Numbered from the stretch's first letter, positions 29,913 to 39,982 are shown. The stretch is 64,000 bases of DNA from an uncultured Porphyromonadaceae bacterium (GCA_945916235.1 CAMEGQ010000002.1:4786-68785), one strand, 5' to 3'. Numbers and translations: made by a program. The notes: generated by a model from the sequence alone, not told the origin.

Positions 29913-31478
29913 TTAGATTGCATCGCCGTCGATTGCCGACACTTTGCTTATATATACCTCGCTGATCTTGGCGCGGTTGGCCAGCGACTGGCTTTTCGGG
30001 AAGGGGATAAGCACCACCTTGACGTACCGCCCGCGGTATTGCTGCGAAAGGATGCTCTGCGGAACATCGACCATGTAGGTGCCGCAGCATGCCGATGTCT
30101 GGGTCAGGCCTGTGACAGTGGCTACCTTGATCCATTCCACATGGCTGTCGAATTCCTTAAGCTTGGCGTGGACGGCCAGATAGTCGTCGGAAAGCAGGGC
30201 GTCTGTGCCGAAGTTCCCTTTACTGAACAGGAGGTTGTATTCCTTGGTCGATAGCCCGGGATCGAGCGAGGTGTCCTCGGTGACGTAGAATTCTACGGCC
30301 TGAGGGTTGGTATCGTACCATCCGGCGCCCCAGCCTACCTGCACTCCGAAGCGGCCTGCCATGAAGCGGCTTCCGACGTCGAGCACCACGTAGGGCTGTC
30401 CCAGATCCTGGTAGTAGTCCCAGCCTTCGGTGATATGCGAATACCATCCGTTGCTGTTCTCAACGCCGTCGATGATGTTGCTGAACGTACCGTAGGGCAT
30501 CGATATCGAGCCGTAAGCCACGCTCCACAGGCTCTTTTCGTTCATGTCAGTGTAGGTGTATTCGTGGAAGTTGCACGAAATCAGCATTTCGCTGCGCGAC
30601 ACATTGGCGCCGTCAGTCTTCGAGATGAGCTTCAGCGGGAGCACGAGCACACCTTTCTCCGAAGCCTCGCGTATCTTGTCGATATTGAAGGTGACGGGAT
30701 GGGAATAGAATTCCGTAGCGGCGGCCACCACAGCCTCCGTCTCCATCGAGAACATCTCCGGCGTCAGGGCCACATAGTTGACACCCTGCGGTATGCTGTA
30801 GTTTTCGTCAAGATATTCCTGAGTCATCTCCTCCAAGCGCACGTCTACGTCGATGTCGCCGCTCTTGCTGACGATGAATTCGCTGGTATAGGTGGATTCA
30901 TTGTCGGGGAGCTTCACTTTGGCGCTGGCCACATCGAAGCTGACCACGGCGGGAGTGACGTTGCACTGTAGGATCACCACGTCTTTGTCGGTCTTCACCG
31001 TTTTCGAAGCCGAAGCGATGCGCACCGGAAGCACCAGGCTTCGGCCTGCGTTTTCGGGCTTCTCAAGTTCGGCATAGATCTTCGGAGCGTTGAATATCAC
31101 ATGCACCGATTTGCCGCTTTCGCCGGCGGCGATCTTCAGGTGGTAGTCGGTGATGCGGTACATCGACGCGGGGATTACCTTATAGTTCGTCCCCTGCTTG
31201 TCGTTGTAGTTTTCATCGACCCATGCCTGATCGGGAGCCTCGACCATTACGTCGACCACTTCCTCAGTGTGCAGCCCTCCTTTGAGCACCGCCACTTCGC
31301 AGTCGTACTGCCGGTCGGCGATGGCCATGTTCACATCCTGCACGCCGGTGTCCTTCAGCGAGATGATGGTGTAGTAGCTGTCGGGCACGATCTCGTCGTA
31401 ATTGCCGTCGATGTCGCCACACCCTGACATGCCCGCCATTGCGGCCAGGCCTACAAGTATATTGAGATATCTTTTCAT
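29913..31478 (-). CDS. SusD-adjacent surface lipoprotein: DUF1735-like N-terminal domains plus C-terminal discoidin-like module (type I)
   Basis: 521 aa with lipobox MSGC. The YYTIISLKDTGVQ...VLKGG pattern is typical of DUF1735/BT_3987-like domains. The C-terminal NEKSLWSVAYGS...YVVLDVG...AVEFYVTED...GRYVKVVLIPF...AKISEVYI is an F5/8-C-like module. Confidence 0.7.
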   Translation of the reverse strand: MKRYLNILVGLAAMAGMSGCGDIDGNYDEIVPDSYYTIISLKDTGVQDVNMAIADRQYDCEVAVLKGGLHTEEVVDVMVEAPDQAWVDENYNDKQGTNYKVIPASMYRITDYHLKIAAGESGKSVHVIFNAPKIYAELEKPENAGRSLVLPVRIASASKTVKTDKDVVILQCNVTPAVVSFDVASAKVKLPDNESTYTSEFIVSKSGDIDVDVRLEEMTQEYLDENYSIPQGVNYVALTPEMFSMETEAVVAAATEFYSHPVTFNIDKIREASEKGVLVLPLKLISKTDGANVSRSEMLISCNFHEYTYTDMNEKSLWSVAYGSISMPYGTFSNIIDGVENSNGWYSHITEGWDYYQDLGQPYVVLDVGSRFMAGRFGVQVGWGAGWYDTNPQAVEFYVTEDTSLDPGLSTKEYNLLFSKGNFGTDALLSDDYLAVHAKLKEFDSHVEWIKVATVTGLTQTSACCGTYMVDVPQSILSQQYRGRYVKVVLIPFPKSQSLANRAKISEVYISKVSAIDGDAI

Positions 31479-31496
31479 TTCTTTCTGTTTGGAAGA

Positions 31497-33440
31497 TTAA
31501 TAACCGGGTGCCTGAATCAGCTGCGGGTTGCTGTAGATTTCGCTTGACGGCACAGGCAGCAGATACATGCGGTCGCTCCAGCTGAAGGGCTGGCTCACCT
31601 TGGTGCGCACGTTGAATTCCTCGAATGTCGGGTCAACCTTGCTCAGGGCGTTCAGGCCTTCGCGGGCGCCGCTCTTGAGCATCTGCGGAGCCGTCATCCA
31701 GCGGCGCAGGTCGTAGTAGCGGTGGCCTTCTCCCCACAGCTCGATGAAGCGCTCGTTGCGGATCCAGTCGCGCAGGCTCATCATCGAGAAGTCGGCGGTG
31801 GTGATGTCGCGCACGAAGTTGTGGCTGCGCACCTCGTTGAGGGCTGCGAGTGCAGCCTGGGTGTTGCCCAGAGCTTCCTCACATTCGGCCAGGTTGAGAT
31901 ACAGCTCCGACAGATGGATCAGGCGCACGCCGATCATGCGGGCGTTGAGCGACCCGTCGGGACGCCAGTTGATGTTGGGCTGTGTCCATTTCTTGGTGTA
32001 GTAGCCCGTCACATTGTTATCCCATACGTAGCGCGTGGGGTTGTAGCCCTGCTCGGCAGAGCTCTTGGTGTCGATAATCAGCGGAGCGCCGTTTTTGATC
32101 AGCGAGGAGTATTCGTCGCCGTCGAACGACAGATTGGCGTAGAAGCGCGGCTCGCGCTTGTCGTTGAGGTTGATGATGTCGGTGCGCCCGTTGTAGCCGG
32201 CCGATTCCAGCCAGTTGGAGCGCGGAAGTTCGGGGTCATCTTCGGGGAGAACGCCGTTGCGCGTGTAGAAATGCTCTACCGTATAGAGGCAGGGGGCGAG
32301 GGCTGTCACGCCGCCATACTGGCCGCCGCTGTTGCTCGTGCCGATATTGTGGGGATACATATCGGCCTGCCAGAAGATGTACGTGTCGGGCTTGGGAATG
32401 ACGCTCCAGATCACTTCGCGGTTGCCTTCGGGCTCGGTGGTGTTGTTGGCATAGCGCACTTTCATCACCTTACGCTTGAAGTCATCGTCCACTCCGGGGA
32501 TGTCGGGCAGAGGCACATCTTCCGACTGGCGCTGCACTTCGGCTGCCTCCAGCGTGTAGAATGAGCGGCCGCCTGCGCCGAGGGCGAATTCGAGGGCTTC
32601 CTGACATGCTTTGCGCGCACGCTCCCACTTTTCGCGGCTGTACTGGGTGCTTACCAGCTCATGGCCGTAGCCCGGAGTCTCGTAGTTGGTGTTGCGCCAG
32701 CTCGTGTTGGGGAAGGAGCCGTTCCAAAGAGGCGAGGCGGCATACAGGAGCACACGGCCCTTCAGTGCCTTGCAGATGGTCGATGTGGCGCGGCCTATCT
32801 CCGAGGTCTCCACTGTGGCGGGAAGCGCCGCTGCGGCCTCGTCGAGCCAGTTGACGATTGTGTTCACGCAATAGTCGAAATGGCTGCGGCCGGGGAATTC
32901 ATCTTTCGACACTGAGGTGTCGTAATAGTGGTCGATGATGGGGATAGGACCGTAGCATTCCAGCAGGCGGAAGTGGTAGTAGGCGCGAAGGAATTTCACT
33001 TCGGCCATCCAGCGCTTGCGGTCGGCGGCTGTCACCTCCTTGGGGGTAGTGGAGTTGAGGATCTGGTCAAACAGGTTCACCTGGCCCAGAGCGCTGTATG
33101 TATCGTTCCACGGCAGGCGGAAATAAGCGTGGTTGGAGCTGTATGTGGCCGACAGCTGATCCCAGGCTGCCACCTGGCCCGTACGGCCCCATGCCTGCGG
33201 GCAGACGAATTCGTCGGTCGACGATTCGTGGGCGCCCAGCGAGCCGAAACCCTGCATTTCTTCTGTTGTGGCGTAGCAGCTGTAGAGGAATTCGAGTGCA
33301 TCCTGCTTGTCCTTCATCGTGTCGGGGATGTCGGCGGTTTCAGGAGGCACCACATCAAGATAGTCGCAGCCGGTGGCGCCCATAGTGAGCACCAGGGACG
33401 AGGCTAAAAACCGGATATATGATTTAATCTGTGATTTCAT
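31497..33440 (-). CDS. SusD/RagB-family outer-membrane nutrient-binding lipoprotein
   Basis: 647 aa with lipobox ATGC followed by DYLDVVPPE. The TPR-like region (AEVKFLRAYYHFRLLECYG) and the C-terminal NPQLIQAPGY are typical of SusD. Confidence 0.92.
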   Translation of the reverse strand: MKSQIKSYIRFLASSLVLTMGATGCDYLDVVPPETADIPDTMKDKQDALEFLYSCYATTEEMQGFGSLGAHESSTDEFVCPQAWGRTGQVAAWDQLSATYSSNHAYFRLPWNDTYSALGQVNLFDQILNSTTPKEVTAADRKRWMAEVKFLRAYYHFRLLECYGPIPIIDHYYDTSVSKDEFPGRSHFDYCVNTIVNWLDEAAAALPATVETSEIGRATSTICKALKGRVLLYAASPLWNGSFPNTSWRNTNYETPGYGHELVSTQYSREKWERARKACQEALEFALGAGGRSFYTLEAAEVQRQSEDVPLPDIPGVDDDFKRKVMKVRYANNTTEPEGNREVIWSVIPKPDTYIFWQADMYPHNIGTSNSGGQYGGVTALAPCLYTVEHFYTRNGVLPEDDPELPRSNWLESAGYNGRTDIINLNDKREPRFYANLSFDGDEYSSLIKNGAPLIIDTKSSAEQGYNPTRYVWDNNVTGYYTKKWTQPNINWRPDGSLNARMIGVRLIHLSELYLNLAECEEALGNTQAALAALNEVRSHNFVRDITTADFSMMSLRDWIRNERFIELWGEGHRYYDLRRWMTAPQMLKSGAREGLNALSKVDPTFEEFNVRTKVSQPFSWSDRMYLLPVPSSEIYSNPQLIQAPGY

Positions 33441-33478
33441 GTCAGTTTCATGTAGTTAGATTGGATCTTCATCATCTC

Positions 33479-36400
33479 TCAGAAGGTCACCTGTGCGCCG
33501 ATATTGAACGTGCGCGAGAGAGGATAGGAATAATAGTTGAGCTCGGGATCCCAGAGCTTGAACGGGCCCCAGACTGCCAGGTTGTCGCCCGAGAAGTAGA
33601 CGCGGACATAGGGGAAGGTGTAGCCGATCTCCAGTGTCTTGAAGCGGATGAACGAGCCGTTGCGCATCCAGTAGGTGCTCGGCACCATATTGTTCTGCAC
33701 CTCGGTGGGCGTGGTGCCCAGGCGCGGATAGGCTGCGTCGAAGTTGTTGCGTCCTACCTGGAAATAATCCTCGGCGATGAACTTCATAAGGTTGCGGTCC
33801 TGATGGAAGTCGTCGGCGCAGAATGAGGCTATGCCGTCGATCATGATCGTGCGGTTGGCCGACCCGCTGAAGAACACACCGAAATCCCATTTGCGCCATA
33901 CGGCGTTCAGACCCAGACCGAACTGGATGCGCGGCTGGCGTCCGAATTCCGAAATCATCACCTTGTCGTCCTCGGTGATCATGCCATCGCCGTTGACGTC
34001 GCGGTATTTGATATCACCCACCATCGGGTTGCCGCCGAGCGGGGTCTGGCTGGGCGAGTTCTTGATGTCCTCCTCGCTGCGGAAGAGGCCTTCGGCGATG
34101 TAGCCGTAGGTGGCGTTCAGCGGCTTGCCCGTCTGCGTCTGCCATACGTAGGGGTAGTCGGGCTCGTCGTTGTAGATGTATTTGTTCTTGGTGTAGGTGA
34201 AGTTGGCGCGCATATCCACCGAGAGGTCTTCCTTGAGCTGCTTGCGCCAGTTGACGCTCAGCTCGATACCCTGGTTGTCGACCTTGCCGACATTGGCCCA
34301 GGGCGTTGACGAGGCGTAGCCGAGCATCGTGGGCCAGGAGCTGCGCTTCTGGAGGATGCGGTCGCGGCGGTCGTGGAAGTAGTCGAATGTGATATCAATC
34401 TGGTTGAACAGCGACACATCCACACCGATGTCGAACTTCTTGGCTCTTTCCCATCCGGCGTTGGCCACGGCGTATTTCAGGAAGGCCGGACCGGAAAGCC
34501 CCACGTTGGAGTTAGAACCGACGAAAGGACCGGTGATGAACGACTGGCCGCCGTTGAGCGACACCTCGTTGCGGTAGAGGAAGTGGGCGGCGCCTGCGAG
34601 CAGACCTGTCTCGTCAGATCCGACCAGACCGTAGCTGCCGCGGATCTTCAGGTGGTCGATGTAGGGGTTAAGGCTCTCCCACCAGCTTTCGTTGCTGGCT
34701 ACCCATCCCAGCGATACGGCCGGGAAGAACTCGAAGCGGTGGCCTTTGGCCAGACGCTCCGTACCGTTGTAGCCGAAGTTCATCTCCACCAGGTAGCGGC
34801 GGGCGTAGTCGTAGGTGAAGCGGCCCGAGAAGCCCTGGTTGCGGTTGGGAAGCACATCGCTGCGGAACTCCCTCATCATGTACATAAGCATGGCCGACAC
34901 ATTGTGCACCTTGTTGAACTGGCGGTTGTAGTTCAGTCGGGCGTCGAAATAGAATGTGCGGTCGTTGTAGCGCTGGATGGCGCCCTGTGCGATATAGTCC
35001 GTACCTTTCTGCAGCGACTCAAGCTGGAAGTAGGTAGGGTCGGAGGGGTCGTATGTATTGTCCATCACGCGGTAGTAGTAAGGCTCGATGGTGTTGGTGT
35101 AGGTCGAATAAGCGTAGCTCTTCATGTTCACCAGAGCCGTCACGCTCAGCCCTTCGGTCAGGAAGTCGAGCTTCTGAGTGGCGCGGAGCGAGGCGTTGAT
35201 GGTCGAATAGTTTTCTTCAGCATATGAGCTCATCATGTGAGCGTAGGGGTTCACATTCAGTCGGCTCGCTGTCTTGATCGAGTTACCGAAGCGGATGTGA
35301 TTGTCCCCTTCCTCCGACGGGTAATATGCCGGGAAGCTGACAGGGTTGGCATTGTATACATCGTCGAAGATGGTGGAGAGAGAGGTGCCCGGGCCCTTGC
35401 GGTTGCCAAACTGGGCGTTGATGTGCAGATCCACAGTAGTAGTGGAGGTCGGTTTGTAGCAGATATTGTTCTGGAAGATGTAGTTCCAGTCGTTGATGTT
35501 GGCATCGAACGAGTATGTCTTGGGCACATTCAGAATACCCGAGTCGTGGTTCACCTGCAGGCCCATGTAGTAGGTCACTTTCGAACCGCCGCCCGTGAGG
35601 TTCACGTTGGCGCGCTGGTTGTAGCTCCATTTGTTGAACATCAGATCATACCAGTCCACATTCGGATACACGTAGGGGTTCACTCCGCTGCGCGTGGCGT
35701 CGATGGTGGCCTGCGAGAAGCGCGGGGTGGCTGCCGGGTTGCGCGCCAGCTGGGCTTCGTTGTAGACTTCCATCCATGTCGGGCCGTCGACGTATTCCAC
35801 ACGGTTGCGCGGCTGCGAGAACGAGGCCTCCAGCGATACGTTGATTTTGGCGCGGGTGTTCTCCATACCTTTCTTGGTGGTGATGAGCATCACGCCGTTG
35901 GCGCCGCGGGCACCGTAGATGGCCGTGGCCGAGGCGTCTTTCAGAATCGAGAAGCTCTCGATCGACTCGGCCGGCAGGCGGTTGAGGTCGGCGCTGGAGA
36001 TTTCGATATCGTCAAGAAGAATCAGAGGAGTGGCGCGGCCGCCGAATGTGCCGACGCCGCGGATGTAGAATTCGCTGACGGCTCCCGGCTCGCCCGAGGT
36101 GGTCGATGAGATCACACCGGCAAGCTTACCGGCAAAGTTCGACGTCAGCGACGATGAAGGGGCCTTAAGCACATCGCCCTTGATGGCGGCGATAGAGCCG
36201 GTCACCGAGATCTTGGCCTGCGTACCGGCGCCGACCACTACCACTTCTGCCAGCTCGTTGCCCGTGGGCGACAGTTTCACGTCGAGCACACCCAGATCGC
36301 CTACCGAAAGCGTCTGCGGCGTGTAGCCGATGTAGCTGATTACCACTTCCCCGTTGTCGGGCACGTCGATGGTGTAGTTACCGTCGATATCTGACGAGGT

Positions 36401-36874
36401 GCCTCCCCCCTTCGAACCTTTTACCACCACGGTGGCCCCGATCAGGGGCTCGCCGGTGGTAGCATCGGTGATGGCGCCTCGCAGCGAGTGGGTCTTTTTA
36501 CCCGATTTCTTTTCTGTTTTTGCGGGCTCCTTTTTGGCCGGAGCTTCCGGACGAAGCGAAATCTGGCGGCCGTTGACCGACCATCCGATCCCGTTGTCCG
36601 TAAACACCTGGTTGAGCACATCGGCCAGGGGCTTCTGAACGGCGTTGACCGTCACCTTGCGGTTCAGGTCCAGCACTCCGCTCTGATAGAAGAAAATCAT
36701 ATTCGATTCCTTCTCGATTATCTTTATCGCCTCGCTGACCGGTCGGTTGTCGACTTTCACCGTGACGAGCTGGTCCTGTGCGCTCAGGCACACGAGGCTC
36801 CCCGCAGCGACGAGCAACAAGGCGGCAAACCATCGGCGGCATTCCGCGACGGATTTTTTGACAAGCTGATTCAT
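33479..36874 (-). CDS. SusC-type TonB-dependent transporter with N-terminal STN signalling domain
   Basis: Start set at MNQLVKKS. The STN domain is VTVKVDNRPVSEAIKIIEKESNMIFFY..VLNQVF and a CarboxypepD_reg-like domain (LRGAITDATTGEPLIGATVVVKG) follows. The plug carries a TonB box (AEVVVVGAGTQ). The beta-barrel ends ..RTFNIGAQVTF. Confidence 0.92.
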   Translation of the reverse strand: MNQLVKKSVAECRRWFAALLLVAAGSLVCLSAQDQLVTVKVDNRPVSEAIKIIEKESNMIFFYQSGVLDLNRKVTVNAVQKPLADVLNQVFTDNGIGWSVNGRQISLRPEAPAKKEPAKTEKKSGKKTHSLRGAITDATTGEPLIGATVVVKGSKGGGTSSDIDGNYTIDVPDNGEVVISYIGYTPQTLSVGDLGVLDVKLSPTGNELAEVVVVGAGTQAKISVTGSIAAIKGDVLKAPSSSLTSNFAGKLAGVISSTTSGEPGAVSEFYIRGVGTFGGRATPLILLDDIEISSADLNRLPAESIESFSILKDASATAIYGARGANGVMLITTKKGMENTRAKINVSLEASFSQPRNRVEYVDGPTWMEVYNEAQLARNPAATPRFSQATIDATRSGVNPYVYPNVDWYDLMFNKWSYNQRANVNLTGGGSKVTYYMGLQVNHDSGILNVPKTYSFDANINDWNYIFQNNICYKPTSTTTVDLHINAQFGNRKGPGTSLSTIFDDVYNANPVSFPAYYPSEEGDNHIRFGNSIKTASRLNVNPYAHMMSSYAEENYSTINASLRATQKLDFLTEGLSVTALVNMKSYAYSTYTNTIEPYYYRVMDNTYDPSDPTYFQLESLQKGTDYIAQGAIQRYNDRTFYFDARLNYNRQFNKVHNVSAMLMYMMREFRSDVLPNRNQGFSGRFTYDYARRYLVEMNFGYNGTERLAKGHRFEFFPAVSLGWVASNESWWESLNPYIDHLKIRGSYGLVGSDETGLLAGAAHFLYRNEVSLNGGQSFITGPFVGSNSNVGLSGPAFLKYAVANAGWERAKKFDIGVDVSLFNQIDITFDYFHDRRDRILQKRSSWPTMLGYASSTPWANVGKVDNQGIELSVNWRKQLKEDLSVDMRANFTYTKNKYIYNDEPDYPYVWQTQTGKPLNATYGYIAEGLFRSEEDIKNSPSQTPLGGNPMVGDIKYRDVNGDGMITEDDKVMISEFGRQPRIQFGLGLNAVWRKWDFGVFFSGSANRTIMIDGIASFCADDFHQDRNLMKFIAEDYFQVGRNNFDAAYPRLGTTPTEVQNNMVPSTYWMRNGSFIRFKTLEIGYTFPYVRVYFSGDNLAVWGPFKLWDPELNYYSYPLSRTFNIGAQVTF

Positions 36875-37036
36875 TAGCAGGAAAATATGTGATTCATGAT
36901 TCGTCCCGGCCATTCTGCAGCGCGGGCTTCAGCGCCGGTCGGGTGTGTTAAGGTTTCGATTTAAAAATCTGATCCGGTAGGTCGGTTCGATTCGCAATCT
37001 GTTGTGTTGTCAGTAAGGTCGGTAGATTATGCAGGA

Positions 37037-38110
37037 TTATGCAGGGTCGGTCCCCTTTGCTTTCTTGGCGGCTACTTTTACTGTGTCGCCGCTGCGTTCA
37101 AAGTTGACTGGTACGGAAAAACTGATGGCAGAGAGCACGTCGGAGGGGTTCTCCGCCAGCGACAGGCGGCCCGATACGTGCATGCGGCTGATGTCGCATC
37201 CGATGTCGAATTTCAGGCCGTAGTATGTCTGGAGTCTGCGGAACACTGACGTGAGCGATTCGTTGTCATAGACAAGCTCGTTGCGAATCCAGCTGATGTA
37301 GCTTTCCACATTCACCCGCTCCGCTGCTGTCAGAGCTTCGCCGTTGGCCGAAATCTTCTGCCCCGGGCTTATGCGGCGGTGGGCCGTTGCGGTCGACACG
37401 TCGACGCTGCCGTCAACAAGCACCACGCTGGGCTGCTCCCCCTCATAGGCGAAGACATTGAATTTCGTGCCGAGCACTTTCACATCGATATTGCCCGTGC
37501 GGACAATGAATGGACGGTCCTTGTCGTGGGCCACCTCCAGATAGGCTTCGCCCTCCACGTAGATCTCGCGGTTGCCCGTGCCGAAATGCAGCGGGTACAC
37601 CACTCGGGTGCCCGAGTTTACATAGATGGCTGTGCCGTCGCTCAGACGCAGGCGCGTGCGCTTGCCGTGAGGCACCACTACCTGGTTGTAGCGTACTGTG
37701 AAGTCGTTCGTTCGGTTCTCGATTGTGTCCCGGTCAACGATAATCTTGCCCGAGGTCGTATAGTCTATCTGCGATTCTTCGCTGCCGATATTCATCTCCG
37801 ATGCGTCGGCCATGATCAGGCGCACATCTTTCGATTCCGCAGCAGCCGCCGGCTTCTGCCTGAGCGCGTAAAGCTCGATGTTGGAGGGTTCGCGTTCGGG
37901 ATTCCAATTGACGGTTGTGACAAGGAACACCACTGCGCAAGCTGCCGCCACTGCTGTGGCAGCGCCCCATATCCATGTGCGCCTGCGACGCGCTGTGGCC
38001 GCCGTCAGATCCACCTGCCATAGCCTGTCGATCTGCTCTTCGGTAAGCCGCATGTCGCTCTTGCCAAGGAGTTCGAGTAAACGTTTGAGTGCTACTGCTA
38101 ACTTAGTCAT
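37037..38110 (-). CDS. FecR-type anti-sigma factor (with DUF4974 C-terminal domain)
   Basis: One TM span (IWGAATAVAAACAVVFLVTTV), a FecR domain (..LSDGTAIYVNSGTRVVYP..REIYVEGEAYLEVAHD..PFIV) and a C-terminal LTSVFRRLQTYYGLKFDI. The start is ATG 38110 (or 38137). Confidence 0.85.
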   Translation of the reverse strand: MTKLAVALKRLLELLGKSDMRLTEEQIDRLWQVDLTAATARRRRTWIWGAATAVAAACAVVFLVTTVNWNPEREPSNIELYALRQKPAAAAESKDVRLIMADASEMNIGSEESQIDYTTSGKIIVDRDTIENRTNDFTVRYNQVVVPHGKRTRLRLSDGTAIYVNSGTRVVYPLHFGTGNREIYVEGEAYLEVAHDKDRPFIVRTGNIDVKVLGTKFNVFAYEGEQPSVVLVDGSVDVSTATAHRRISPGQKISANGEALTAAERVNVESYISWIRNELVYDNESLTSVFRRLQTYYGLKFDIGCDISRMHVSGRLSLAENPSDVLSAISFSVPVNFERSGDTVKVAAKKAKGTDPA

Positions 38111-38152
38111 AATCGTTCGGTTTTCTTGCCCTCTCAAGATGCAGTGAATATA

Positions 38153-38201
38153 AACAGCGGCAACCTCCGGCCGACACGTCGACCACCCGGCCGCCGCTGT
38201 T
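38153..38201 (-). terminator. Long GC-rich hairpin separating the discoidin array from the anti-sigma/SusC unit
   Basis: Outer stem aacagcggc/gccgctgtt encloses the inner palindrome cgacacgtcg. It sits between the stop at 38315 and the anti-sigma start, so it is a plausible terminator or processing site. Confidence 0.4.
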
Positions 38202-38314
38202 CATAATCTACTTACCTATAACAATTTGAGTCCCTTAGATGAATTTTGATAAACTTTTCGTAGTTGAACCAAATAACTTACTTCCTATATTACTTTATCT
38301 TATTTCCGTGAGGA

Positions 38315-39982
38315 TTATTCCACGGGCTGGCCGTTGTGGCGGACCACATGCTTGAGGTAAAGCTCAGCACACGATACGCGCTCGCAGTAGGCGAATGCCT
38401 GAGGATATGCGTAGGGTATGAATACCACCTTCACGTAGCGGGTCTTAACCGGATTAGCCTCCATATCGGCCTCAGTGAAGTCGCTGCTGTATTTTACAAA
38501 GCCATCAATAGTGTTGTTGGATCCTACTTCGCCGATCTTGGTCCATGTTACGGTCTGGTCGATAGCGAAGATCTTGTCCATCAGAGCCTTTGACTCGTCG
38601 GCCTTGCCATCGATGCCGTTGCCGTTGACAAACATGTTGTTGAGGTCATCTTCGGTGAAGCCTTCGGCTTTGAGCTCTGCTGCGTCGGTTGCATAGAATT
38701 CAACACGTTCGAATGTCGTATCGCCGAAGCCTGCGGTCATGGCGGCCACACCTGCGAGCCACTGGGTCTTGCCAAGGTCGATTACAGCCAGTGCGGTGGT
38801 GTAAGGAGCTTCCCAGGGCACCTGATAGTCGGGTGCCATGCTGGTACCCTTCACAATCTGGTGCGACAGCCAGCAGTTGTTGAGCTGATGGTCGGAAGAG
38901 CCTTCCACGGGCAGACCGTCCCAAAGAGCGTCGATCTGAGCGTCTAAGCCCCAGAAGTTGTTGCAGGGAGTGGTATACAGAGCCTTCCAGTTGGTCTTGG
39001 AAAGTTCGGCGATGGTGAAGCCGTGTTCGTCTTCGCTCGGGTTGCCGCCGTTGATGTCGTCGCCGGTGGTCCAGTCGCCGACCACTACGTTGCCGCCCAG
39101 CTGTACGCCCTCTTTGTCAACCGACAGGTTGATGGTCAGGGCTTCGCCCGACTTGAGGCTCAGCTTGTCGTAGCTCCATTTGTAGGCCACGCCGGCTGCG
39201 TTGAAGGCGATGCTGATGGTGTTCTGGTCCTGAGGGATCGAGATGAATTCGTAGGTAGCCAGGCGCTTCTCTGCGTCGTGGTCGAATTCGAAGGGCTTGA
39301 TGACTTCGTCAGCACCGTTGGCGTTGAGGAAGAGGTCGCTGCCGGGCTGGCCGCCGCCCCATGTGGCGAGGTTGAAGATAGCGTCAACCTTCATGCCGCT
39401 TACCGTCAGGTTAGTGATGGGGTTGGCGCCTTCAGCAGCGTAAGCTTCGGGATATGTGATTTTTACAAATACCTTGCTGAGCATATGGTTCATGGTCACC
39501 ATCAGCTTGCCGTCGACCATGTCGTTGGCGGGCACGTAGGCGCCGTTCTTCATAGCTATGAAGTCTGATGATTGCACGGCGTCGGCTGTCGACTGGTCGG
39601 TAGCCACTTTGACGTCGATCTGCGACTGGGCGTTGACCTCGTCGGTGCGGTAGGGTGCGTAGGCGATTACGCAGTGGGCTGCGTTGCGGTTCGACCAATA
39701 CATAGTGCCGTCGGTGGTCCAGCCTTCGAGCGGGCCGCCGGTCATGCGCTTGTTGTTGTAGGTGTAATCAGCGTTATCGCTCTGGATGATAAGGCCGAAT
39801 TCGCGCAGGGTCTCGGTGGTGTAGCCGGCGCGGGCTTTCACACGGGCACGGAAATTGCCCATTTCGGTTGCAACGATGATTTCGTTTTGCGGATCGGCGG
39901 CGCCGATGAGTTCTTCCTCATTGGAGCATGAGCTGAACAGCGTCAGTGCAAGTGCCGGAAGAAGCAGAAGGTTTTTCTTCAT
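38315..39982 (-). CDS. Lipoprotein: fimbrillin (Mfa/FimA-like, type V pilin) N-terminal region fused to one discoidin-like module (type II)
   Basis: 555 aa with lipobox FSSC. F.A.VK...TT..L..FGL...N..Y.YNN......W..DG.MYW......H..IAYAPY...V..DQS......SSDF..A... MNHMLSKV is the pattern of Bacteroidales fimbrillin-family proteins. The C-terminal ~235 aa is ELSKTNWKALYTTPCNNFWG...CERVSCAELYL. Confidence 0.65.
   Translation of the reverse strand: MKKNLLLLPALALTLFSSCSNEEELIGAADPQNEIIVATEMGNFRARVKARAGYTTETLREFGLIIQSDNADYTYNNKRMTGGPLEGWTTDGTMYWSNRNAAHCVIAYAPYRTDEVNAQSQIDVKVATDQSTADAVQSSDFIAMKNGAYVPANDMVDGKLMVTMNHMLSKVFVKITYPEAYAAEGANPITNLTVSGMKVDAIFNLATWGGGQPGSDLFLNANGADEVIKPFEFDHDAEKRLATYEFISIPQDQNTISIAFNAAGVAYKWSYDKLSLKSGEALTINLSVDKEGVQLGGNVVVGDWTTGDDINGGNPSEDEHGFTIAELSKTNWKALYTTPCNNFWGLDAQIDALWDGLPVEGSSDHQLNNCWLSHQIVKGTSMAPDYQVPWEAPYTTALAVIDLGKTQWLAGVAAMTAGFGDTTFERVEFYATDAAELKAEGFTEDDLNNMFVNGNGIDGKADESKALMDKIFAIDQTVTWTKIGEVGSNNTIDGFVKYSSDFTEADMEANPVKTRYVKVVFIPYAYPQAFAYCERVSCAELYLKHVVRHNGQPVE

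Noticed and set aside
38111-38314. A third copy of the TGAGTAG...TGTCGTCATA element upstream of the anti-sigma/SusC unit and in the anti-sigma-SusC gap (36875-37036).
   Set aside because: Only a loose TAAGTAG is present, without the AGGAT, GTCGTCATA or AAACCCG blocks. I could not align it, so the promoter of this unit remains unidentified.
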